This document shows positions 8,493-17,375 of a DNA stretch of 27,463 nt, one piece after another. Source of the DNA: an uncultured Clostridia bacterium (GTDB taxonomy: Bacteria > Bacillota > Clostridia > TANB77 > RGIG9151); NCBI GenBank assembly GCA_934500865.1, contig CAKSUD010000019.1, positions 1 to 27,463 on the forward strand. The letters are read 5' to 3'. Within the stretch, counting starts at the first letter, position 1, and each line of letters begins with the position of its first letter. The notes below the pieces were generated by a model. It did no database searches. It was not told the origin of the DNA and worked only from the letters and a program-made list of their open reading frames with translations. A program made the position numbers and the translations under genes.

Positions 8493-9095
8493 ATGAGTAC
8501 AAAAATAGCAATATCCGGTGATTTAGGTAGTGGAAAGAGTACAATAGGCAAAATTTTTGAAGAAAGACTAGGTTTTAAATTTCATTCGGGCGGTTCAATT
8601 TTTAGATTACTTGCTAGTAAATATAATATGACACCTGCCGAATTTAGTAAGTATTCCGAAATACATCCTGAGATAGATGAGGAAATAGACGGAGAACTTG
8701 TAAAGATTTCTGCTGTCGATGAGGATATGGCTATTGATTCAAGAATGGCTTGGCATTTTGTTGATGGTTCATTTAAGCTTCATCTTTTAGTTGATACAGA
8801 AGTAGCTGCTAAGAGAATAATGGACGAGAATAGAGGAAGCGAAAAGTATAAAACATTAGAGGAAGCAGTAGAAAAGATTAAGGCTAGAAAGTCTAGTGAA
8901 AATAAACGTTATACAGAAAAGTATAATGTAAATCCGGACGACCTTAATAACTACGACTTGGTTGTTGATACTACTTATGCAACTCCTGAGGATATAAGTG
9001 ACTTAATAGAGAAGTATTTGACTGAATGGAAGAATGGAAAAACATTTGAAAGAATATGGACTAAGAAAACTGGAGTTTGGGCTCCTATAAAATAA
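8493..9095 (+). CDS. Archaeal-type (Cytidylate_kin2-like) cytidylate kinase-family P-loop kinase
   Basis: 200 aa. P-loop GDLGSGKST; FSKYSEIHPEIDEEID, DSRMA, and KRYTEKYNVNPDDLNNYDLVVDT all parallel the archaeal Cmk consensus as I recall it. Distinct from the bacterial cmk at 17866. Confidence 0.7.
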   Translation: MSTKIAISGDLGSGKSTIGKIFEERLGFKFHSGGSIFRLLASKYNMTPAEFSKYSEIHPEIDEEIDGELVKISAVDEDMAIDSRMAWHFVDGSFKLHLLVDTEVAAKRIMDENRGSEKYKTLEEAVEKIKARKSSENKRYTEKYNVNPDDLNNYDLVVDTTYATPEDISDLIEKYLTEWKNGKTFERIWTKKTGVWAPIK

Positions 9096-9106
9096 GGAGA
9101 AATAAA

Positions 9107-11095
9107 TTGATAGCTGAAATTGTTATTAATTCTACGGCTCGTGAGCTAGGAAAGATTTTTGACTATAAAATATCAGATGAAATGGTTGGCACTGTTACAT
9201 TGGGACAAATGGTAACAGTGCCTTTTGGTATTGGAAATAAATTAGTTGATGGTTTTGTTGTGGGATTAAAGGAAAAAAGCGATTTTAAAGGATTAAAGAG
9301 TATAAAAAGCATAAAAAATGACGGATATGCAGTTAAGGAAGATGAGATGAAACTTGCAAGATGGATTTCAAGAACATACTATTGTCCTCTTGGCTGTACA
9401 CTTAATTTATTTTTTACGGATAAGACAAAATCACGTAGTAAAAAAGAAAATAAAATAGAGATTGTAGATGACTTTATTGCAAATGACGAGCAACAGTTTG
9501 CCATAGATAGAATTACTAAAAGTATAGAGGAGAGAAAGTTTAACGAGATTTTATTAAACGGAGTTACAGGTTCCGGCAAGACAGAGGTTTATATTCAGTC
9601 TATCCGTAAATTTGTTGATGCCGGATTTGGAGCGATTGTTTTAGTACCTGAAATTTCGCTTACACCACAGACCGTAAAACGATTTGTAGAACGACTCGGA
9701 GATAAAGTGGCGGTTTTTCATAGTCGTCTAAATGATGGTCAAAAGTATGATGAGTGGCTAAAAGTTAAGGAGGGACAAGCTAAGGTTGTTGTTGGGGCAA
9801 GGTCGGCATTGTTTATGCCGGTTAATAATTTAGGAATTGTGGTGATTGACGAAGAACACGATAGCAGTTATAAATCCGGACAAACTCCTTATTATCATGC
9901 GAGAGAGGTGGCAGAGGAACTCTGCAAAATTAAAAATGCGACTTTGGTTTTAGGAAGTGCAACACCGGACATATCTACATATTATAAGGCTAAAAATGGC
10001 GAGATTGAACTTGTAGAACTTACTAAAAGGACTAATAGTAAGCCTTTGCCCGAGGTACAAATTATAGATATGCGAGAAGAACTGGTTGCCGGAAATAAGA
10101 CTATTTTTAGTAGAAAGTTATATGATGAGATTAAAGAAAATTTAGCTAAAAAAGAGCAGACAATTCTATTCTTAAATCGCCGTGGTTACTCGACTTTTGT
10201 GAGTTGTAGAAAATGCGGATTTGTTGCAAAGTGTAGAAACTGCAATATTGCTCTTACTTACCATATGGAAAGTAATAAACTTGTTTGCCATTATTGTGGG
10301 ACTAAATATAATAATCCGGAGGTATGTCCGGTATGCCATGAAAAATATATAAAGTATTTTGGAATTGGTACGCAAAAAATAGAAAATGCAGTTAATAAGA
10401 TTTTCCCGGAAGCAACTGTTATAAGAATGGACTTAGATACGACATCTAAAAAAGATTCGCATCAAGCGATTCTAGATAAGTTTAAAAACGAAAATATTGA
10501 TATTTTAATAGGTACTCAGATGATAGCAAAAGGGCATGATTTCCCTAATGTTACATTGGTAGGCGTTATGGCTGCGGATACTTCACTAAATGGCAATGAT
10601 TTTAGATGTGGTGAAAGGACTTTTGATTTGCTTACCCAAGTATCAGGCCGTGCAGGAAGAGGAGAAAAAAACGGACGCGTAATTGTTCAAACCTATGAGT
10701 GTGATAATTACAGCATTGTTTCTGCTAAAGAACAAGACTATAAAAAGTTTTATGACCAAGAAATAATTTTGCGAGAACAGTTAAACTATCCGCCATTTTG
10801 TGATATTACTTTAATTAATGTTACCGGAGAAGATGAGAGAAAAGTTTTAGAAGATAGTAGAATAATTCGAGAAGTGTTTGAAAATGTCTTAAAGGGAAAA
10901 AAAGGAGTCTCTGTATTAAAAGAAGTTCCGTCTCCGATTTCAAAAATAAAGAATAAATATAGGTTTAGAATTATTATAAAAAACTTAAAAGGTGTAGAGA
11001 TAAACGAAGAAGTAAATTCAGTTTTAAGTGGTGAAGAGCTAGATAAAGTCAAATCGGAATTTACAGTAGATTTTAATCCTGTTTCATTTAATTAG
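9107..11095 (+). CDS. priA: Primosomal protein N' (replication restart helicase PriA)
   Basis: Walker A GVTGSGKTEVY, DEEH box, Cys-rich zinc insertion CRKCG..CRNC..CHYCG..CPVC, helicase C motifs TQMIAKGHDFP and QVSGRAGR. TTG 9107 (AGGAGA SD, 6-nt spacing) is preferred over TTG 9077, which overlaps the upstream gene. Confidence 0.92.
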   Translation: MIAEIVINSTARELGKIFDYKISDEMVGTVTLGQMVTVPFGIGNKLVDGFVVGLKEKSDFKGLKSIKSIKNDGYAVKEDEMKLARWISRTYYCPLGCTLNLFFTDKTKSRSKKENKIEIVDDFIANDEQQFAIDRITKSIEERKFNEILLNGVTGSGKTEVYIQSIRKFVDAGFGAIVLVPEISLTPQTVKRFVERLGDKVAVFHSRLNDGQKYDEWLKVKEGQAKVVVGARSALFMPVNNLGIVVIDEEHDSSYKSGQTPYYHAREVAEELCKIKNATLVLGSATPDISTYYKAKNGEIELVELTKRTNSKPLPEVQIIDMREELVAGNKTIFSRKLYDEIKENLAKKEQTILFLNRRGYSTFVSCRKCGFVAKCRNCNIALTYHMESNKLVCHYCGTKYNNPEVCPVCHEKYIKYFGIGTQKIENAVNKIFPEATVIRMDLDTTSKKDSHQAILDKFKNENIDILIGTQMIAKGHDFPNVTLVGVMAADTSLNGNDFRCGERTFDLLTQVSGRAGRGEKNGRVIVQTYECDNYSIVSAKEQDYKKFYDQEIILREQLNYPPFCDITLINVTGEDERKVLEDSRIIREVFENVLKGKKGVSVLKEVPSPISKIKNKYRFRIIIKNLKGVEINEEVNSVLSGEELDKVKSEFTVDFNPVSFN

Positions 11096-11124
11096 GGAAA
11101 ATTTTATTAATATTATAAAATTAT

Positions 11125-11153
11125 TTGCTAATTGTTAAAAAATTTGTTACAAT
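11125..11153 (+). promoter_or_regulatory. Putative sigma-A promoter upstream of def
   Basis: TTGCTA (11125-11130), 17-nt spacer, TACAAT (11148-11153), with TG at the extended -10 position (TGtTACAAT). Confidence 0.55.
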
Positions 11154-11196
11154 GTAGTGTAGATTATGTACATTTATTTAATAGAGGTGGAAAACA

Positions 11197-11640
11197 TTGG
11201 CATTAAGAGAAATTAGAATACTTGGCGATGAAATTTTAAGAAAGAAATCTAGAGAAGTAACCAAAATAGATGATAAAATCTTAGAATTAATAAAAGATAT
11301 GAAAGATACTATGATTGAGTATGACGGTGTGGGTATCGCCGCTCCTCAGGTCGGAGTATTAAAGAGAATAGTAGTTGTCTTAAATGGTAAGAAGATGGTT
11401 ACACTTATAAATCCTGTTATAAGTGAACGTGAAGGCGAAGAAATTGACGTTGAGGGTTGCCTTAGCGTAAAGAAGAGAACAGTTTCTGTAAAAAGACCTG
11501 CTAAAATAAAAGTAGATGCGTTAGACGAAAACGGAAATGAGATTAGTTTTATTGCCGAGCATTATTATGCAAGGGAAATTTGCCACGAAGTAGACCATTT
11601 AGATGGTATATTAATTGTGGATAGAGAGGAATGCGAATAA
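11197..11640 (+). CDS. def: Peptide deformylase
   Basis: 147 aa. The three PDF motifs GIAAPQVG, EGCLS and HEVDHLDG. TTG start after the GAGGTGG SD. Confidence 0.93.
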   Translation: MALREIRILGDEILRKKSREVTKIDDKILELIKDMKDTMIEYDGVGIAAPQVGVLKRIVVVLNGKKMVTLINPVISEREGEEIDVEGCLSVKKRTVSVKRPAKIKVDALDENGNEISFIAEHYYAREICHEVDHLDGILIVDREECE

Positions 11641-12668
11641 GTATGAGAAATATATTTGATTATACTGTTGATGAGTTAACTGAAATTTATATAAAAGAGT
11701 TTAACCAAAAGAAATATAGAGCAGTTCAAACATATAAATGGCTTTATCAAGAAAATGTGGACGATTTCTTTAAGATGAGTGATTTGCCGCTTGACCTTAG
11801 GAAATCGCTTAATGAGAATTTTAATATAATTACATTGGAGAAGGAGCAAGTAAAACTTTCAAATGACGGAACAACAAAGTTTCTATTTAAGTTAGCTGAT
11901 GGAGCTGCTGTTGAAACTGTTCTTATGAAATATAATTTTGGTAATAGTGTATGTGTTTCTTCACAAGTTGGTTGCAGAATGAAATGTGACTTTTGCGCTT
12001 CATCAAAATTATCGTTTGAAAGAAATTTAACTAGTGGCGAGATTGTTCAACAAATAATAATGGCTAGTCGTCATATTGGTGAAAAAATATCTAACATAGT
12101 GTTTATGGGAATTGGTGAGCCATTTGATAATTACGATAATGTTATGAGGGCTATAAAGATATTAAATGACCCTCATGGACTAAATATAGGTGCAAGACAT
12201 ATCACGGTTTCTACTTCCGGTTTAGTTCCGCAAATTATGAAATTCGCTGATAGTAGTATTCAGGCAAACTTATCTATTTCATTACATGCTACAAGTGACG
12301 AAATGAGAGATAAATTAATGCCTGTAAATAAAGCCTATAATATGAAAACTTTACTAGAAGCTTGTAGAAAATACATTGAAAAGACACATAGAAGAATTAC
12401 TTTTGAATATGCAATTATGTACGGTGTAAATGATACAATAAAAGATGCTTGTAAGTTAGCTGATTTGCTTGAAGGAATGTTGTGTCATGTTAACTTGATT
12501 CCTGTTAATGCAGTAGAGGGAGCAGGGTATAGAAGAGCTCCACAAAATGTAATGATGGGATTTAGAGACGCGTTAAATAACAGGGGTATTACTGCGACTG
12601 TAAGACGTGAACTTGGAAGTGACGTTGATGCAGCTTGTGGTCAACTTAGACGTCAATATTTTGAGTAA
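11631..12668 (+). CDS. rlmN: 23S rRNA/tRNA (adenine-C2)-methyltransferase RlmN (radical SAM)
   Basis: KYRAVQTYKWLY N-terminal domain, radical-SAM cluster CRMKCDFC, GIGEP, and C-terminal AACGQLR with the conserved Cys. The start is ambiguous: ATG 11631 overlaps the def stop, and ATG 11643 gives MRNIFDY. Confidence 0.92.
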   Translation: MRISMRNIFDYTVDELTEIYIKEFNQKKYRAVQTYKWLYQENVDDFFKMSDLPLDLRKSLNENFNIITLEKEQVKLSNDGTTKFLFKLADGAAVETVLMKYNFGNSVCVSSQVGCRMKCDFCASSKLSFERNLTSGEIVQQIIMASRHIGEKISNIVFMGIGEPFDNYDNVMRAIKILNDPHGLNIGARHITVSTSGLVPQIMKFADSSIQANLSISLHATSDEMRDKLMPVNKAYNMKTLLEACRKYIEKTHRRITFEYAIMYGVNDTIKDACKLADLLEGMLCHVNLIPVNAVEGAGYRRAPQNVMMGFRDALNNRGITATVRRELGSDVDAACGQLRRQYFE

Positions 12669-12697
12669 AAAAATGAATTGCTGAAAGGAGGTGCGAT

Positions 12698-13423
12698 ATG
12701 ATTTTCGGAGCAAGTAGTGATGTTGGAAATGTAAGGAAAGAAAATGAAGATAGTTTTTACATACCGGCATTAAATGACAATTTAAATTTGTTTTTGATAG
12801 CTGATGGAATTGGTGGTCAAGGACATGGAAAATTGGCTTCTATGATGACGGTAGACGAAATACTAAAATATGTTACGAAAAATAACGATAATGTATGCGA
12901 AAAGGAAAGTTTATTAAAAGTTGCTGTAAGTTATGCAAATGAAAATGTAAAAAGGTTTTCAGAAGAAAATTCTCAATTTTCAGGCATGGGAACTACTTTA
13001 GTAGCTGTGCTAATCGCTAACGACGAAGCGTATATAGCTAACGCAGGAGATAGTAGATGCTATGTGATAAGAAAAGGAATTATATCGCAACTTACAATTG
13101 ATAATAGCTATGTTCAGTACTTATTACAAAAAGGTGCAATTACGCAGGAAGAGGCACAATGTCATCCACAGAGGAACTTGATAACCAAAGCAATTGGTAT
13201 GCAAGATGACATTGATGTTGACATTGATTGTGTAAAACTTTATCCGGGAGACATTTTACTACTTTGTACAGATGGTCTTACTACGATGTTATCGGATGAG
13301 GACATATTACATATAATACTAAAGAAAAATGGTGATATGCAAAGTGTTGCCGAAGAGTTAGTCATAAGGGCTAAGGATAATGGTGGTACTGACAATATTA
13401 CCGCGATTTTAGTGGAGGTGTAG
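12698..13423 (+). CDS. stp: PP2C-family Ser/Thr protein phosphatase (Stp/PrpC)
   Basis: 241 aa. RKENEDSF, ADGIGG, GMGTT, LCTDGL and GGTDNITAILV motifs. Conserved position upstream of the PASTA kinase. Confidence 0.92.
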   Translation: MIFGASSDVGNVRKENEDSFYIPALNDNLNLFLIADGIGGQGHGKLASMMTVDEILKYVTKNNDNVCEKESLLKVAVSYANENVKRFSEENSQFSGMGTTLVAVLIANDEAYIANAGDSRCYVIRKGIISQLTIDNSYVQYLLQKGAITQEEAQCHPQRNLITKAIGMQDDIDVDIDCVKLYPGDILLLCTDGLTTMLSDEDILHIILKKNGDMQSVAEELVIRAKDNGGTDNITAILVEV

Positions 13424-13430
13424 AACTTTT

Positions 13431-15362
13431 ATGGATAATATGGTAGGAAGGGTTCTAGGTAATAGATATGAATTAGTCGAAAAAATCGGTGGCGGAGGAA
13501 TGGCAGTAGTATATAAAGCAAGATGTAGACTCCTTAACAGATTTGTAGCTGTAAAAATTTTGAGAACTGATTCAGATATGACTGATGATTTTATAAAACG
13601 TTTTAAAGTAGAAGCACAAGCGGCAGGAAGCTTATCCCATCCTAATATCGTTTCAATATATGATGTTGGAAATGAAGGAGATATAAATTATATAGTTATG
13701 GAGTACGTTGAAGGCTATACATTAAAAGAAGTAATTGCGCAAAGTGGGAAACTTACATGGAGAGCAACAGTAAAAATTGCTTCTCAAATATGTGCGGGAC
13801 TTGAACATGCTCATAAAAATCATATTATACATAGAGATATTAAATCTCAAAATATTTTGGTTAATGAAGAATTAGTTGCCAAAGTTACAGATTTTGGAAT
13901 TGCAAGGGCATCATCTAATTCTACAATAACAATGACAGGAAATACAATCGGTTCGGTTCATTATTTTTCTCCTGAACAAGCAAAAGGCCAGCACACTGAT
14001 GAAAAATCAGACATTTATTCTTTAGGAATTGTTATGTATGAAATGATAACAGGACACGTTCCATTTGATGCTGAGACACCTGTGTCTGTTGCATTAAAAC
14101 AAATTCAAGAGATACCAATACCACCTATTCAATTTGATAAAGATATGCCGATTGCAGTAAATGATATAATTATGAAAGCACTTCAAAAAGAACCAAGGCT
14201 TAGATATCAGTCTGCTACCGAAATGCTAAAGGATTTACAAAGCGTATTTGAAGACCCGCAAAATACTGTTATTGCAGATAAGAATATCGGAGCTACAACG
14301 GTTATGCCTAGTGTTACAGAAAATATGATAAATGAACGAGTTACAAAGTCAGTAGGTACGGAGAGTGAGAATATGGGTAAAAGAAGAAAGAGGAAGGAAA
14401 TATCCACAGGCAAGTCATTATTTGCATTTTTCATTGCATTGATTTTTGTTGCTATTATTTCCGGAGTAGTTTTCTCTAATGTATGGAAGTCCATAATGGG
14501 TACAGAAAAAGCGGTGGTTGAAATGCCTCAATTAATAGGAAAGACCGCTAAAGAAGCCGAATTATTATTAAAAGAAAAGAAAATTAATTATACACCGATT
14601 GAACAAGCTAACGATACTCAGCCAAAAGGAAGAGTTTATTCTCAAACACCACAAGGTGGAATGAGTGTAAAAGAGGGATACACGGCAAAGATTTATATAA
14701 GCACAGGAAAGTTAGAAGTTACTCTTGAAGATTTAACTAATAGAAGTTTAGAAGATGCAAAAACAACGTTAGATAATGAAGAGATTTCATATGTAGTTAT
14801 AGAAGAACCTAGTGATACTGTTCCGGTTGGATACGTTACAAGAACAAATCCGTTAGGAAGAAGAGCAATTTCTCCAAGTACAAGGGTTGATGTATATGTA
14901 AGTCGTGGCCCTGATACTAAGACTTTCGTTATGCCTGATTTAGTTGGAAAAACTTTAACTAAGGCAAAGGAACTAGCTGAGCAATATGACTTTAAGTTGA
15001 CTACTACATTTGAAGAATCTACTAAAGCAGCTAATACAGTATTAAAGCAAAGCGTAGATAAAGGAAGTACGGTTGATGTTGGAACTACTGTTGCTTTGGT
15101 TGTAAGTAAAGCTAATACAGCACCAGTCCAAAACAAACAGACAATATATCTGAACTTGTCTAATAAGGGAGTAAATGGTTCTGAATTCTTAGTGGAAATT
15201 AAAATTTCAGGTGGAGGATATACCGGTAAAAAGACTTTATATAGCAAGAAGCATACAAGTGCAGATGGAGAGATAAGTGTAGACATTTATGGTAAGGGCG
15301 AAGCAATGCTAGAAGTATATATTGATGGAACATTAGATTCTTCACAAATGCTTAATTTGTAA
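13431..15362 (+). CDS. prkC: PASTA-domain Ser/Thr protein kinase (PrkC/PknB/Stk1)
   Basis: Hanks kinase motifs GGGGMAVVYKA, VAVK, HRDIKSQN, DFGIA, SPEQ. One TM helix (FAFFIALIFVAIISGVVF), three PASTA repeats and a C-terminal Ig-like tail. Confidence 0.94.
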   Translation: MDNMVGRVLGNRYELVEKIGGGGMAVVYKARCRLLNRFVAVKILRTDSDMTDDFIKRFKVEAQAAGSLSHPNIVSIYDVGNEGDINYIVMEYVEGYTLKEVIAQSGKLTWRATVKIASQICAGLEHAHKNHIIHRDIKSQNILVNEELVAKVTDFGIARASSNSTITMTGNTIGSVHYFSPEQAKGQHTDEKSDIYSLGIVMYEMITGHVPFDAETPVSVALKQIQEIPIPPIQFDKDMPIAVNDIIMKALQKEPRLRYQSATEMLKDLQSVFEDPQNTVIADKNIGATTVMPSVTENMINERVTKSVGTESENMGKRRKRKEISTGKSLFAFFIALIFVAIISGVVFSNVWKSIMGTEKAVVEMPQLIGKTAKEAELLLKEKKINYTPIEQANDTQPKGRVYSQTPQGGMSVKEGYTAKIYISTGKLEVTLEDLTNRSLEDAKTTLDNEEISYVVIEEPSDTVPVGYVTRTNPLGRRAISPSTRVDVYVSRGPDTKTFVMPDLVGKTLTKAKELAEQYDFKLTTTFEESTKAANTVLKQSVDKGSTVDVGTTVALVVSKANTAPVQNKQTIYLNLSNKGVNGSEFLVEIKISGGGYTGKKTLYSKKHTSADGEISVDIYGKGEAMLEVYIDGTLDSSQMLNL

Positions 15363-15363
15363 T

Positions 15364-15389
15364 AAAAAAGGTGGCTTAGCCACCTTTTT
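15364..15389 (+). terminator. Rho-independent terminator after prkC
   Basis: GGTGGC (15370-15375), loop TTA, GCCACC (15379-15384), extended by A/T pairs and followed by TTTTT. Confidence 0.8.
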
Positions 15390-15433
15390 ATATAAATAAT
15401 TTTTTAGTTGAATGTTTAATATGGGGGAGTAGT

Positions 15434-16288
15434 ATGACTGGAAAAATAGTAAAAGCAATAAGTGGTTTTTATTATATAGAGTTTGAATATAAAATTTATG
15501 AGTGTAGGGCAAAAGGAATTTTAAAGAAAAACAACATAAGTCCAATGGTCGGAGATAATGCGGAATTTGAAGAAATAGGTGAAAATGTTGGTAATTTGAT
15601 TAGAGTTGTTGACAGAAAAAATGCATTAATTCGTCCGCCTATTGCTAATATTGATAAAGTTATTATTGTGGCTGCTGTAAAAAATCCGGAACCATCATTA
15701 TTATTCATTGACAAACAGCTTGTTTTCTTGGAAAAAATGAAAATCCCTGCGACAATATGTCTTAATAAAGTAGACATAGGCGAGGCAGAGAAGATAAAGG
15801 AAATATATGAAAAAATAGGATACGATGTAATTCTAACGAGTGTAAAAGAGAAGAAAGGTATTGAAGAATTAAGGGAAAATATAAATGGAAAAGCAGTTGC
15901 GTTCGTTGGGAATTCCGGTGTTGGAAAGTCTAGTCTTACAAATCAGCTTATGAATGAAGTTATAATGCAAGAAGGAAATTTGAGCAAGATAGAAAGAGGA
16001 AAACAAACAACTAGACATTCTGAGCTTCTAAAGGTTGATGATAACACATATATTATTGATACACCTGGTTTTTCAAGTTTTGAACTTGATGAAATAGAAG
16101 CTAGTGAAGTTGCACCGCTTTTTATAGAGTTTAATAAATATTTTTCTAAGTGTAGGTATAGAGACTGCAGACATGTACTAGAAGATGAATGTGGAGTTAG
16201 AATTGCTGTAGAAAGTGGTGAAATTTCAAGAGAAAGATTTGAAGATTTTAAAATTATATATGATGAGGTTCAAAAGAGGAGGAAATAA
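15434..16288 (+). CDS. rsgA: Ribosome small-subunit-dependent GTPase A
   Basis: 284 aa with an OB-fold N-terminus. Circularly permuted GTPase motifs NKVD then GNSGVGKSS then DTPGF. C-terminal zinc knuckle CRYRDCRHVLEDEC. Confidence 0.92.
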   Translation: MTGKIVKAISGFYYIEFEYKIYECRAKGILKKNNISPMVGDNAEFEEIGENVGNLIRVVDRKNALIRPPIANIDKVIIVAAVKNPEPSLLFIDKQLVFLEKMKIPATICLNKVDIGEAEKIKEIYEKIGYDVILTSVKEKKGIEELRENINGKAVAFVGNSGVGKSSLTNQLMNEVIMQEGNLSKIERGKQTTRHSELLKVDDNTYIIDTPGFSSFELDEIEASEVAPLFIEFNKYFSKCRYRDCRHVLEDECGVRIAVESGEISRERFEDFKIIYDEVQKRRK

Positions 16289-16852
16289 ATGTATAAAAAA
16301 GTTAAATGGCCTGGGGGAGCATTACTTGCACCTGTACCCGCTGTGCTTGTTACTTGTGGAAATGAGAAGAGATCAAACGTTTTTACTGTTGCTTGGACAG
16401 GAATTTTAAATACAATACCTGCAAAGACATATATTGCTGTAAGAAAAGAGAGATTTTCATATAATTTAATAAAGAACAGTGGAGAGTTTGCTATAAATTT
16501 AACTACTAAAGATTTAGTGAAAGCTACCGATTTTTGTGGAGTTAGGTCAGGAAAAGATATAAATAAGTTTAAAGTTATGAATTTAACAAAACAGAAGGCG
16601 AATGAAATAAGTTGTCCGATAATTGGAGAGAGTCCTGTATCTATTGAATGTAAGGTTACGGATATAGTTAAGCTTGGGTCTCATGATATGTTTATGGCGG
16701 ATATTGTGGCTGTTGATGTTGCGGAGGACTTAATAGATAGTAAAGGAAGACTTGAGTTGGAAAAGGCCGGATTAATTGCATATTGTCACGGCGAATATTT
16801 TGCGTTAGGAGATAAACTTGGCAAATTCGGATATACAGTAAAGAAAAGATAG
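16289..16852 (+). CDS. Flavin reductase-like (FMN-binding split-barrel) family protein
   Basis: 187 aa. LLAPVPAVLVTCG...FTVAWTG...EFAINL...DFCGVRSGKDINKF pattern typical of COG1853 proteins. The ATG directly abuts the rsgA stop, suggesting translational coupling. Confidence 0.78.
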   Translation: MYKKVKWPGGALLAPVPAVLVTCGNEKRSNVFTVAWTGILNTIPAKTYIAVRKERFSYNLIKNSGEFAINLTTKDLVKATDFCGVRSGKDINKFKVMNLTKQKANEISCPIIGESPVSIECKVTDIVKLGSHDMFMADIVAVDVAEDLIDSKGRLELEKAGLIAYCHGEYFALGDKLGKFGYTVKKR

Positions 16853-16885
16853 ATAACTGCTTACTTTGTAGGCAGTTATTTTTGT
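16853..16885 (+). terminator. Rho-independent terminator after the rsgA-flavin reductase unit
   Basis: ATAACTGC (16853-16860) pairs with GCAGTTAT (16872-16879). The stem is extendable by two pairs and is followed by TTTTTG. Confidence 0.72.
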
Positions 16886-16893
16886 ATAAATAC

Positions 16894-16922
16894 TTGAAAA
16901 GTATAAATTAATTATGTATAAT
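16894..16922 (+). promoter_or_regulatory. Near-consensus sigma-A promoter for the tandem membrane-protein cassette
   Basis: TTGAAA (16894-16899), exactly 17-nt spacer, TATAAT (16917-16922). It lies about 60 nt upstream of ATG 16982. Confidence 0.65.
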
Positions 16923-16981
16923 TGATTAGCGAATAAAAATAGTTCAAATCCAAAAATAAATATTTTAGGAGGATTATCCGT

Positions 16982-17359
16982 ATGGCATCAAAAATTCTGA
17001 CACTTCTTGTAGTAACGATTGCAATGTTATTGGTGGTGGATTTTCTAGTAGTCGTGACACTAGTCGTGATACTATATTTAGGAAGGAAAAAATACCTATT
17101 AGGGACAATGTTGCTATTAACAGCTGTAAGTTGCACATTTTCTATGTTTTTCTTGTACTCCGTGTATCCTATTATACTGAACATAGCAGTGTTCATAGGA
17201 TTGGCTCTTTTGGCTGGAGTAACTATGTTTTTTGCACAAAAGGAATTGGAAGGAAATACTTATACTTATAAAGCGCTATCGATTGGTACTGTAGTGGAAT
17301 TGATAATGGCATTTCTTATTTTGGAGACGAATATGATAATGAGATTAGTTAGCATGTAG
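16982..17359 (+). CDS. Small four-TM membrane protein, paralog 1 (unknown family)
   Basis: 125 aa. AGGAGG SD 9 nt upstream. Four hydrophobic helices separated by short basic/polar loops. Paralogous to the next ORF: shared MASKIL start, FSMFFLY core and MRLVSM end. Confidence 0.72.
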   Translation: MASKILTLLVVTIAMLLVVDFLVVVTLVVILYLGRKKYLLGTMLLLTAVSCTFSMFFLYSVYPIILNIAVFIGLALLAGVTMFFAQKELEGNTYTYKALSIGTVVELIMAFLILETNMIMRLVSM

Positions 17360-17375
17360 CAGGAGGAGTATCTGT

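Noticed and set aside
9077-9106. ORF-track start of priA at 9077, overlapping the upstream kinase gene by 19 nt
   Set aside because: This is also a TTG and has no SD. TTG 9107 lies 6 nt after AGGAGA and gives an N-terminus beginning LIAEIVINS..., consistent with PriA. The shorter model was adopted.
14693-15286. 197-aa minus-strand ORF inside the prkC PASTA region, and the 95-aa ORF at 14207-14494
   Set aside because: Both lie entirely within a continuous + strand kinase/PASTA reading frame with clear domain motifs. They are low-complexity S/T/L/V-rich with no RBS, so they are shadow ORFs.
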